A stretch of DNA of 64,000 nt from Bdellovibrionales bacterium (lineage in GTDB: Bacteria > Bdellovibrionota > Bdellovibrionia > Bdellovibrionales > JAMPXM01): the NCBI GenBank assembly GCA_043739185.1, contig JAYUEN010000029.1, positions 1 through 64,000 of the forward strand, in the 5' to 3' direction. Numbering within the stretch: position 1 is the stretch's first letter; each line of letters starts with the position of its first letter. Position numbers and translations under genes: made by a program. This document shows positions 50,480 to 59,759 of the stretch, one piece after another. The notes under the pieces were generated by a model. It was not told the origin of the DNA. It did no database searches and saw only the letters and a list, made by a program, of their open reading frames with translations.

Positions 50480-53400
50480 AATTTATTTGCTTTTGAAAAG
50501 GCTTCGCCTTCAACACTAGGATCCACAAAAAAATCTTTTATACGCTCTTCGAGTTCATCTAAAAACTCAAAGGCCATAGGCAAAATCACTAAGGTTATGA
50601 GCGTAGAGAAGAGCATACCACTGATGATTGAAACTCCTAAACTTGCATAGGGAATTCCCATGAGTTTCGACTGCCCCAGTGCCACTGGAAGAACACTTAT
50701 TATCTGAATGCTTGCGCTCATAAGCACTGCCTTCAATCTGCGCGCACAGCCGATGACGACTGCTTCTTCTCGCTTATAGCCTTGGGCTTTCAAATGCAGA
50801 ATCAAATCAATTAAGATAATCGCACCGTTCACACCAATTCCAACTAGAATGACGAGACTCAGCCTAGCCATTACATCCAGATCCATTTTCATTAGATAGA
50901 GCCCCGCGCAGCCAAAAATAATGGCCAACGGCACCGTAAAAAGAATCGCAAAAGGAATAAGAAAGGACTCAAACATACTAGCCAGCAAAAGATAAATAAG
51001 CAGAGCTGATAGCAGAATAATAAAGTTACTTTTATTTTGCATATCTTCAATATGCTTTTTCGACTCATCTCGGGGCGGCCCATAACCTTTGGGAAACTCA
51101 AAGCGACCAAAAACTCGATTCAACTCACTACGCGCGTTTTGAAATTCTTGATCACTTAAGGCCTCATCAAAATAGGATACAATTCGCAATTTAGAGGTTC
51201 CCGCTTGGCGACCAATGGAGCGAATAAAGGACATGGGCATTATTTTTCCGAGGTCATCTACGCGAATGGATTGGTGGTTTTTATTTGTCACACGCAGGTT
51301 TTTAAAATCTTCAAGCGCCCACTCACCACCAGATGGTTCGAGTGAAATCTTGGCGGCCACCACCTGGCCATTTAAATTTAAATTGCTCACCGATACTGAG
51401 CCCATTGACGCCGAAATTTCTTTGGCGATTTCACTCAGCGACATTTCAAATTGAGCGACTAAAACATCAGCGGGAATAAAAACCAAATCACGATTGCCAT
51501 TTTCTTCCCGATCTAATTTAACGCTGTCGACGCCTTTTACCTTTTCAAATCTTTTTTTCAATTCTTCTTCAAGCACCATCAGACGCGCTGTCTTCGGTCC
51601 TGAAATATTAAATATTTGGGAGCGCCTGGCCTTGGTTTGAACACCACCAATTTCACCCATTTGCGAGCTGAAGCCTGCAAATTTAGGGAATTTCTGAAGA
51701 ACAGATTCAAGACGACCCTGTTGGGCTGCAATGACTTGATCTATATCGCGGCCGCTCTTTGGATAAACCAAAAAACTACCCTGCAGAAAATGAGAATTAA
51801 AGTCCGAAACAACAAAGCTAAATCGCACTTCACTTTGATTTGCCAGAAGAATTTTCTCGCAATCTGAAAAAATCTTCAGTCGCTGCGCCTCAGGTACCTC
51901 GGGAGTGAATTTCAAAAAAACAGTGGTGAAGCCGTCCTTAGGACTCTCAAGGTCGGTCTGATTGATATCTACAATCTTATATGCGGTCAACGTGACAAAG
52001 GCCAAAACACAAACGGCTATGGGCTTCTTTCTTTTGCGAATGGCGCGAAAAAATTGGATGACTCTTTCAGGCGGCCGCACTGGCCGGGTGTCTTTTGCTA
52101 TATAGCCGGTTTTTCTAAATGAAATACTTAAAATTGGAATTATAAAGAGAGCCACCAAAAGCGAAGAACCCAATGAGCAAAGTATTGGTATTTGAAAAGC
52201 CTTTAACAAATCTGTAAAGCTATCTCCACTTTCTAAAAACGCCACTGGTAAGAAAATGATGGCATTGGTTAGGGTTGCCATGAGCAAGGCATTGGATACA
52301 TCTGATGCCGCCTCACCCACGGCTAAGACACGTTTGGACTTATGCTTAAGTTCTTCAATTCTTCCTACTATTAAGACGGCATTGTCGATCACCATTCCAA
52401 TGGCCAAAATCAATCCCGAAAGAGTCAGAATATTAAGACTTTCTCCCTTGGCAAATAACAACAAAATAGTAAGCATCAAACTTATAGGAATCGCGATTGA
52501 AATTAATATAGTTTGCTTTAACTTACGCAGAAATAAAAACACCACCACAAAGGTAATGAGCATGGCTTCGAAGAGTGACTTAAAGACTTCACCAACTGCC
52601 TGGCGCAAGTCATCTGTCTTATCATAAATGACTTCAAACTTAAGATGCGAAAGCGAGGAGTTCTCGCTTTTGATCTTCTCCATTAGGCTTTTGAGATGTT
52701 CATTCAGCTCAAAAAGATTGGCTGAATCTTTGTTAAATACTTCTATAAAAACCGCATCCTCACCGTTTTTATGAACCAGTTGGGTTCGGGCGGTATCAAC
52801 GACTCGCTCCTGACTCAACTCACTTAGATTGAGGGCTGAATCTTTTGCTAAACTATGACTTCTGATTTGGCTCAGATCACTGGTGATTTGCCGCGCCTTT
52901 ATAGCCGAAACAAAATCATGGGAGCCGAGTGCGGCCTCGCCAATAGATTCTCTAAAATTCTGAAAGTTAAGTCGCGCCGTAAATTCAGGTCCCGACATAC
53001 CAAATTGATTGACTCGCGCCAAAGGCACTTCGTACTCGTAAATGATGGGATCAAGTCCAATGACTTCGATCTTTGAAATCTCAGCCACCGATTCAAGGCG
53101 AATTCGCAAATCATCTTTGATTAAGGATACCGGATTTTTAATATTGTTATCATGAGTGATCGAGAGTTTTAAGACCGCATTGGCATCCGGATTGAGGCGT
53201 GAAATATCAACCCTTTTCATATCTAGGATTTGATGGGACTCAAGCTCCTGCAGGGCTTCTTGCAAATTGAAAACAGCCAAATCGAGATTGGTTTTTGCTT
53301 TATAAGTTAGTGATACCGAAGTGCCGCGACTATTTGTCGAAGATGAATAGTCTACTAAGCCAGGCAAGGTTCTAACAATTCCTTCAAGCGGAATCGTCAA

Positions 53401-53637
53401 AGCCATTTCGACTTTTTCAGGAGACGAATTTTCAGGCCCGTCGACCCGCAAAAACAAAAAGGCAGGAGTGCTTTCACGCGGCATGACCTCAATAGGAATT
53501 CTCAAGCAAGCAAAAACCGCCATCCCAAAAATAATGGCAATCAAAATGTGGATAGAAAAAGTCTTTTTGTGAATGAGGCGACCAATCCAATTTAGATTCT
53601 GCGCTTGATCAGGCTTATCCTTCTGCACGGGCCTCAC
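50476..53637 (-). CDS. RND permease (AcrB family), second subunit
   Basis: GMVIDNA, VNGAIILID and RRLKAVLMS motifs; 1053 aa. Confidence 0.9.
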   Translation of the reverse strand: MRPVQKDKPDQAQNLNWIGRLIHKKTFSIHILIAIIFGMAVFACLRIPIEVMPRESTPAFLFLRVDGPENSSPEKVEMALTIPLEGIVRTLPGLVDYSSSTNSRGTSVSLTYKAKTNLDLAVFNLQEALQELESHQILDMKRVDISRLNPDANAVLKLSITHDNNIKNPVSLIKDDLRIRLESVAEISKIEVIGLDPIIYEYEVPLARVNQFGMSGPEFTARLNFQNFRESIGEAALGSHDFVSAIKARQITSDLSQIRSHSLAKDSALNLSELSQERVVDTARTQLVHKNGEDAVFIEVFNKDSANLFELNEHLKSLMEKIKSENSSLSHLKFEVIYDKTDDLRQAVGEVFKSLFEAMLITFVVVFLFLRKLKQTILISIAIPISLMLTILLLFAKGESLNILTLSGLILAIGMVIDNAVLIVGRIEELKHKSKRVLAVGEAASDVSNALLMATLTNAIIFLPVAFLESGDSFTDLLKAFQIPILCSLGSSLLVALFIIPILSISFRKTGYIAKDTRPVRPPERVIQFFRAIRKRKKPIAVCVLAFVTLTAYKIVDINQTDLESPKDGFTTVFLKFTPEVPEAQRLKIFSDCEKILLANQSEVRFSFVVSDFNSHFLQGSFLVYPKSGRDIDQVIAAQQGRLESVLQKFPKFAGFSSQMGEIGGVQTKARRSQIFNISGPKTARLMVLEEELKKRFEKVKGVDSVKLDREENGNRDLVFIPADVLVAQFEMSLSEIAKEISASMGSVSVSNLNLNGQVVAAKISLEPSGGEWALEDFKNLRVTNKNHQSIRVDDLGKIMPMSFIRSIGRQAGTSKLRIVSYFDEALSDQEFQNARSELNRVFGRFEFPKGYGPPRDESKKHIEDMQNKSNFIILLSALLIYLLLASMFESFLIPFAILFTVPLAIIFGCAGLYLMKMDLDVMARLSLVILVGIGVNGAIILIDLILHLKAQGYKREEAVVIGCARRLKAVLMSASIQIISVLPVALGQSKLMGIPYASLGVSIISGMLFSTLITLVILPMAFEFLDELEERIKDFFVDPSVEGEAFSKANKF

Positions 53638-56600
53638 CCTTGGTCATACGAACATAAATAATTGGGACAACGATCATGGTTAAAATTGTTGAACTCAAAT
53701 GTCCGCCAATGAGAGTCACCGCCAATGGACGTTGCATTGAGGAACCTTGTTCTCCAAATGAAAGCGCCATTGGCACAAGGCCTAAAATATTTGAAGCCGA
53801 GGTTACCAAGATCGGGCGCATTCTACGCTTTGTCGCTTCGGTAATGGCCTCTGTTAAACTCTTACCCTCAAGACGCAATTGATTGGCAAAATCAACCATC
53901 ACAATTGAAGTATTCACGCTACTCCCAACCAGAATAATGAAACCCACAAAAACCAAGGCTGAAATATTCAAATTGAAAAGCAAAAGAAAAACTGCAACCC
54001 CACTCAAACACATCGGTACTGCGAATAAAACAATGATGGGCTGAACCAGGTTTTCAAATTGTGCCGCCAACATAAGGTATATAAGAAATATCGATAGTCC
54101 CACGGCGACCAGCAGACTTTGGGTGCTCTTCTTGCGCTCATCGTCTTGCCCGCCCATTTTAAATTGAAAGTCTTTGTCTTTTACCTCTTTCTTAAATAGG
54201 GCTTGAATCTTTCGCGAAGCCCCTTCGAGATCCTCTTTAAAGAGATTTGCCGAAATGATGCTCATGCGTTTTCGATTATTATGATAGATGGCACCCTGAA
54301 TTTTATTTTCTTCAATATCGGATACTTGCGATAGGTATACGCGCTTTTCATCTTCTTGGGGTAAGTTGAAATATTTTATTTTTTCGACCGAATTGAAGTA
54401 GTCGCTACTTATAGATACATGAGTCGGAAGGTCCTCGCCTTTGAAATTGAGCGTCCCTGAGCTGAGGCCCGTTAGCATGGGCTTAATGCTGCTGATAAAA
54501 CTCTGCGAATCGAGATTGAACCAGTTGAGGCGATCCTTTGCAAACACCACATTGATTTCAGAAACGTCTGGTTTCAAATTCGATTCGACATCAATTAGCC
54601 CTTCAAGTTGCAAAGCCAGTTGTTTGGCGCGACTGGTTTGCTTTTTAAGTGCCTCTAAGTCTTCATTGTAAATTTCGATTTGAATGGGCTTGCCTTCACC
54701 TATCAAAGCTTCCTTTTGACGATTGAAGCTTAAATCCGGAACTTTCAAAAAATAAGAATTTATTTTCTTTGAAAGCTCTAAGCTATCAACTCCGGCCGTC
54801 GTAATTCTGATTTTCGCTCGATGCGAACCATTGGTTCCTATGGTACTTGATATTCCCGACACACCTTTTATTTTAAGAAGATCCGCTTCAAGCTTTTTGG
54901 TTTGGGCCTCGGTCACGTCGATGATTTGACCTGGTAAAAATTCGATATCATAAATCAATCTACTATTCGATTCGTCGGGAAAAAGTTCGGCACCGCGAAA
55001 GCTTAAAAATGCAATGCCAGCAACGCTCAGCCACAACGCCCACTGCAGCGTAGTGCGACTGTCTTTTATGATTTTGGGAATGAATATCCCAAGAAAGTTT
55101 TCAGAATTTAAAAAGGCTTTAGCAAAGACTGCAAGCATGGGTTGAACCCACTTGAAATAAAAGAAGCCCGCGGATTTCTTTATGATTTTAACATACTTTG
55201 AAAGCTCTTTGCCAAAGAGGTCAGCGAGCACAGTGCCAAATATCTTAAATACCAAAATTTGTTTTTTTAGAAAGTCGGCGAGATAGTTCTTTAATCCCTT
55301 TGTATAAAGAGGTTCGCCAATGACGCCGCGAAAGTTCATCCATAAACTTTTCACTTTTTTAGCATCAAGATTTAAATTGAACTGTGGTGAAATCGAAAGC
55401 GAACTCAACATAGGAATCAAGCCAATAGCCACAATGAGCGAGGCGATCATTGAGTAACAAATGGTAGCGGCGACATCTCGAAAAATTTTTCCTATGCTGC
55501 CCTCAACAAAGGCGAGTGGACCAAAAACCGCAACGGTTGCAAGGGTGCTTGCTATGATCGCACCTGAAACTTTCTGGGCACCCCAAAGGGCGGCTTGTCT
55601 TTTATCTTTTGTTAAAAGGCTTTGTGCATTTATGTTTTGCAAAACCACTGTCGAGTTATCGACTAGCATACCGACGCCGATTGCAAGGCCAGCCAAGGAC
55701 ATTAAATTAAAAGTAATATTTGTGAAATACATGAGAATGAGCGTGATCATCAAAGACAGCGGTATCGAAATCGTGATCGCAAAGCTCGGCCAAGCCTCTT
55801 GCAACATAATGAAAATGACAATGGCAGCGAGAATTCCACCATCACGAACAGAATGAGATACGTCGTCGATCGAAGCTTTGATTTCCTTTCCTTGATCATA
55901 TAAAATTTGTGTTTCGAGATCGGCCTGATTTTCTTCATTGAAAATTTCAAGGGCTTCTTTTATGCCATCTGCAACTTTAACGGTATTGGCATCGGCATCT
56001 TTCCGGACCTCAATAACCAAGCTTTCATCTGACTGCAGATGAGTCCGAATATTTGGCTTCTGAATGACCTCATTAATTTGTGCAATATCGATTAACCGAA
56101 GAGTCTTATTGCGCTCTCTCTTTACAACCAATGACTTCAACTCTTCAATGGTCTTAATACTTTGACCAAGTTTGATGCTGGTACTTTGCCCTTCGAATTT
56201 TATTTCTCCGGCAGAGTAGCTCTTGTTTTGAGATTGAATGAGATCCGGAATAGATGAAATCTGCACTCCATAAGAAAGAGCGGCGTTCGGATCTACAACG
56301 ATTTCAAGTTGTTTGGTTGGAGCCCCTAAAAGATTTGCTAAAGCGACTCCATCTACCGATTCGAGTTTTCGGATCAAAGTGTCCTGTAGGATGCGTGCGA
56401 GTTCGAGCTGCGAAAGACTTTCGTTTTTTTTCTTAATTGAAACTCGAATAACTGGCTCTGAGCCAGCTTGTACGCGAACAATTTTTGACTTTCCAGCGCC
56501 TTCTGGCAGACCCGCAGCCTCTAATTTGTCTCTTAAAATCGAAACCATTTCTAAGAAATCAAGCTTCGCACTAAAAACCAATCTGACTTCGGAGCGTTCA

Positions 56601-56851
56601 CGCTCCGAAGTAGAGGTCACGCGCACCAAACCTGCGATAGTACTGATGGCACGCTCGATGGGTGTGGTTACCAATGTTTCAATTTCTTCTGGAGTCGCGC
56701 CACGAAATTCGGTTATGACACTTACTTCTGGCGATTGGATGTCAGGTAAAAGCTGCATAGGAATTCTCTGGGCCGCAATCATGCCGAGAACTATAATGCC
56801 AATACAAATCATAAAGACAGCAACTGGCCGTCGAACTGAAAATTCAATCAT
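53615..56851 (-). CDS. RND permease (AcrB family), first subunit
   Basis: GATPEEIE, GMLVDNS and RMRPILVT motifs; 1078 aa. Confidence 0.92.
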   Translation of the reverse strand: MIEFSVRRPVAVFMICIGIIVLGMIAAQRIPMQLLPDIQSPEVSVITEFRGATPEEIETLVTTPIERAISTIAGLVRVTSTSERERSEVRLVFSAKLDFLEMVSILRDKLEAAGLPEGAGKSKIVRVQAGSEPVIRVSIKKKNESLSQLELARILQDTLIRKLESVDGVALANLLGAPTKQLEIVVDPNAALSYGVQISSIPDLIQSQNKSYSAGEIKFEGQSTSIKLGQSIKTIEELKSLVVKRERNKTLRLIDIAQINEVIQKPNIRTHLQSDESLVIEVRKDADANTVKVADGIKEALEIFNEENQADLETQILYDQGKEIKASIDDVSHSVRDGGILAAIVIFIMLQEAWPSFAITISIPLSLMITLILMYFTNITFNLMSLAGLAIGVGMLVDNSTVVLQNINAQSLLTKDKRQAALWGAQKVSGAIIASTLATVAVFGPLAFVEGSIGKIFRDVAATICYSMIASLIVAIGLIPMLSSLSISPQFNLNLDAKKVKSLWMNFRGVIGEPLYTKGLKNYLADFLKKQILVFKIFGTVLADLFGKELSKYVKIIKKSAGFFYFKWVQPMLAVFAKAFLNSENFLGIFIPKIIKDSRTTLQWALWLSVAGIAFLSFRGAELFPDESNSRLIYDIEFLPGQIIDVTEAQTKKLEADLLKIKGVSGISSTIGTNGSHRAKIRITTAGVDSLELSKKINSYFLKVPDLSFNRQKEALIGEGKPIQIEIYNEDLEALKKQTSRAKQLALQLEGLIDVESNLKPDVSEINVVFAKDRLNWFNLDSQSFISSIKPMLTGLSSGTLNFKGEDLPTHVSISSDYFNSVEKIKYFNLPQEDEKRVYLSQVSDIEENKIQGAIYHNNRKRMSIISANLFKEDLEGASRKIQALFKKEVKDKDFQFKMGGQDDERKKSTQSLLVAVGLSIFLIYLMLAAQFENLVQPIIVLFAVPMCLSGVAVFLLLFNLNISALVFVGFIILVGSSVNTSIVMVDFANQLRLEGKSLTEAITEATKRRMRPILVTSASNILGLVPMALSFGEQGSSMQRPLAVTLIGGHLSSTILTMIVVPIIYVRMTKGEARAEG

Positions 56852-56891
56852 GGACTTAAATTATAGATTTTAATTCACGAAAAAATAAGGC

Positions 56892-58181
56892 CTATTGAAC
56901 GATTTCGACCTTTGAACCGTCTGCAAGCGCGCCCTGGCCCGTAACCACTATAAGATCAAATTGCTCAATGCCACCGATGACTTCAACAGATTTTGCATCT
57001 TTCAGTCCCAGCTTGACAGGAATTTTTTGTACCCGCTGGATATCAGAATTAGCTGAGTCCGTTTTCCCTATACTATTTACGTCGCCGGACCCCTTAGCAT
57101 CAGACTTAGACGCTGGCGTGCGCTCATTTGAAACTTCTGAATTTTGAATGCGATAGACAAACGATACTTTATTTTCAAAAACAATGGCTTGTTGCGGAAC
57201 CACCAATGCGGTCGGTGACTGGTCAATCGTCATACTGACTTCGACATACATTCCTGGCACCCAAGACTTAGGTGTATCTTTCGCATTGATTTCAACTAAG
57301 ATAGAACCCGTTTTAGGATCTACTATCGGAGCCACCGCTTGAATGCGCGCCTTTGATAATTGAACAACTTTTGCGCCGGCGGCATCGAGTTCGCTGCGCA
57401 CAAGTTCAACCTCATCACCTTTATTGAGTTTGGTCGCAATATTTTGCGGAATATAAATCGCTATTTTCATTTCAGATATATCCGCAACTTTTATAAAATA
57501 CTGATTTGAATTATCTATATAATCGCCATTCTTCATACTGATTTCAGAAACCAGACCATCAATTGGAGTTTCTAAAACATCCGTATTCTCCATCTTAGCG
57601 ATTTGGGTACGAATCTCTTGGGCGCGAAATTCAAGTTTGCGTTGCTTGAATTCCTTTTCAGACACAAAGTTTTTTCGCGCAAGCGCCATGGTGACTGCGA
57701 AATCCATGGTGCGAAGTTGCGAATCAATTTTATCAAGCTCGCTTTTTAATTGTTGCAATTCTGAACTTAAAAAGGCCAAGGTCTCGCCGCTTTTTACATG
57801 TTGACCAACTTCGACACTGAGTTTTTTTACTGTCGCTGTTTGGCTGGGGCGAATGACCACTTCTTTCCAGGACTGAAGATAGGCTTGGGTAGAAAAAACA
57901 TTTTTGATGCCTTGAACAACTGCGCTCTCAACACCCACACTATAAACTCGATCTTTTGATTTAACTTCAGATTGAACTTCTGAAACCTTGAAGTCTTTCA
58001 AAAAGTGAAATCCCGATTGCATTAAGTATCCGAATATAAAAGAAGCCAAAACAAATTTCTTAGCAGTGCGAGGCAAATGCTGCCAAGTTCGCTTTTTCCA
58101 AAGCAAGAAGGCTTTAGACTTTCGTCCAAATGAATGAACCATGTTGTGTATTGATTTCTTAAGTTCCATGAAGTTTTTCAC
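56892..58181 (-). CDS. RND periplasmic adaptor (MFP)
   Basis: Lipoyl/hairpin motifs VEVGQHVKSGE, TPIDG, PIVDPKTG and PGMYV. Confidence 0.9.
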   Translation of the reverse strand: MKNFMELKKSIHNMVHSFGRKSKAFLLWKKRTWQHLPRTAKKFVLASFIFGYLMQSGFHFLKDFKVSEVQSEVKSKDRVYSVGVESAVVQGIKNVFSTQAYLQSWKEVVIRPSQTATVKKLSVEVGQHVKSGETLAFLSSELQQLKSELDKIDSQLRTMDFAVTMALARKNFVSEKEFKQRKLEFRAQEIRTQIAKMENTDVLETPIDGLVSEISMKNGDYIDNSNQYFIKVADISEMKIAIYIPQNIATKLNKGDEVELVRSELDAAGAKVVQLSKARIQAVAPIVDPKTGSILVEINAKDTPKSWVPGMYVEVSMTIDQSPTALVVPQQAIVFENKVSFVYRIQNSEVSNERTPASKSDAKGSGDVNSIGKTDSANSDIQRVQKIPVKLGLKDAKSVEVIGGIEQFDLIVVTGQGALADGSKVEIVQ

Positions 58182-58213
58182 TCAAAGCCTCAATCTTAAA
58201 TTCATATACAGAC

Positions 58214-58236
58214 TTATCGGCAGGACTAGAATTTTA
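58214..58236 (-). promoter_or_regulatory. Sigma28-like promoter of the MFP-RND operon
   Basis: TAAA-N11-GCCGATAA about 30 nt upstream of the MFP ORF. Confidence 0.55.
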
Positions 58237-58435
58237 TGAAGCTTGGAGCTACGTCCACCCCAGAACGCGCTGCATCAAGGGCTGAAAAGAAGGGCGGCTC
58301 TACGGAAAGAGGTTTTTCTAGCTATATAGACTTTAGACAATTTTTCAGGCTTTAAAGCTTAATAGATGTACTTTCTATACCCCCATTGAAAAAATGAATT
58401 CGCAATATTTAAAACACAAGCCTGGGAGATTTTTT

Positions 58436-58567
58436 ATGAAAAAGGCCGCGTATATCTTTGCTCTTTTGGGAATCGGCATCTCACTATCACTTTTTATTAA
58501 CGCCTGTTCGAAGTCAGATGATGTTGCAACCGCAACTTTAAGTCTGGCTCCAAAAGTAAGTCCTTAA
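58436..58567 (+). CDS. 43-aa lipoprotein-like small ORF
   Basis: GGGAG RBS; MKKAAYIFALLGIGISLSLFINAC-SKSDDVATATLSLAPKVSP*; below the ORF-track cutoff. Confidence 0.6.
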   Translation: MKKAAYIFALLGIGISLSLFINACSKSDDVATATLSLAPKVSP

Positions 58568-58605
58568 ACTCAAAATATTTTTTAAAACTTTGGAGCACCA
58601 CTTTT

Positions 58606-59703
58606 ATGAATAAATTTTTACCCGTCCTATTAAATGTTTTTTTACTCGCAATCTTCGCTACGCAAGCAAAGGCCGCCTCAGGAGACGCGAGTTTTACTCC
58701 GACTGGCTTTAAAATTCCCATCATGAAAATTACCATTTCAAAAAACACCGGCTCCGTTGGCTCGGCGTTTTCGGGCTCCAATGAAAATGTATTATATAAA
58801 TGCTCTTCAACTACTGAGGCCAATTGCCTAATCGATTTGGGAAGCCAATCAGACCTCGATAAAATTGCAGCTGGCGCAGCAAATGCCCTGATTCTGACTG
58901 GCACCTATGACCAATTAGCGGTTTATACCTGTGCCGACGGAAAAGGTGGCTCAAGCTCAACTTCGGTTTTTATAAATGGTAGCTTCTCTGCCGGTGCCGG
59001 CCCTACGACATATTATACAGATCCCAATGCAGCCAATACCAATGGCGTGAGCTCGGCAATTTCAGGTTCTGGTTTTGCTGAAATTCCAACCTGGGGCTGC
59101 GCAACTCAAGTTGTGCCGATGCCAAGTCCTCTAGTGGTTTCAGCCAATCAAGCGATTAAAATGAATCTGTTGGTTGATATTAGTTTCTTAGGAAATTCTG
59201 GTTCGTCAACCTCTCCTGGAATGGGCGGCTGCAAAGTTCAAACCGGCGGGGGTGCGCGTGGGGTATGTGCGAGCTTTCCGGTCATGACACCTTATGTAGG
59301 ATCGGCAAGCACTTCTACCAAAAGATTTAAAATGGCCTGGAATAATTCAGGTGTCGGCAGTGTCGTAGACAATAAAGCCAATGCCATTATTATTGTTCCG
59401 ATGGCTGGAACCACCCCCTTGATGGCATTTTCACGCCCCTTTTCGAGTGAAACCTCAGCGACAATGACTTCAAATGGTTCTGGCCCCTCTGATGCGACAT
59501 ATGGTGGAGTTGCTTTAGGCAATGCCACCGACGTATCGACCTATAAGGTAAACGCTAACGGCAGCCTTTCCTTTCAAGTCGGAGGCTCACTAGACAATTA
59601 CAGCGGCGCTTTTACTGCTTTTCAGCTAATTGATCACACGAGTACTGCCACTTATAAAAATGTCCCGGGCACCACTTGGTATTACCATGCGATCTTATTT
59701 TAA
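58606..59703 (+). CDS. Secreted Ser/Gly/Thr-rich hypothetical protein
   Basis: Signal peptide ending AKA, paired Cys, beta-rich composition. Confidence 0.75.
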   Translation: MNKFLPVLLNVFLLAIFATQAKAASGDASFTPTGFKIPIMKITISKNTGSVGSAFSGSNENVLYKCSSTTEANCLIDLGSQSDLDKIAAGAANALILTGTYDQLAVYTCADGKGGSSSTSVFINGSFSAGAGPTTYYTDPNAANTNGVSSAISGSGFAEIPTWGCATQVVPMPSPLVVSANQAIKMNLLVDISFLGNSGSSTSPGMGGCKVQTGGGARGVCASFPVMTPYVGSASTSTKRFKMAWNNSGVGSVVDNKANAIIIVPMAGTTPLMAFSRPFSSETSATMTSNGSGPSDATYGGVALGNATDVSTYKVNANGSLSFQVGGSLDNYSGAFTAFQLIDHTSTATYKNVPGTTWYYHAILF

Positions 59704-59731
59704 CTTGCCAAATGCTGAGTTGAACGCATAT
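59704..59731 (+). promoter_or_regulatory. Possible sigma32-like promoter of htpG
   Basis: CTTGCC-N15-CGCATAT immediately upstream of a heat-shock gene. Confidence 0.35.
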
Positions 59732-59759
59732 TCCTCTTATACCAGGAGGAATTTTCGTT

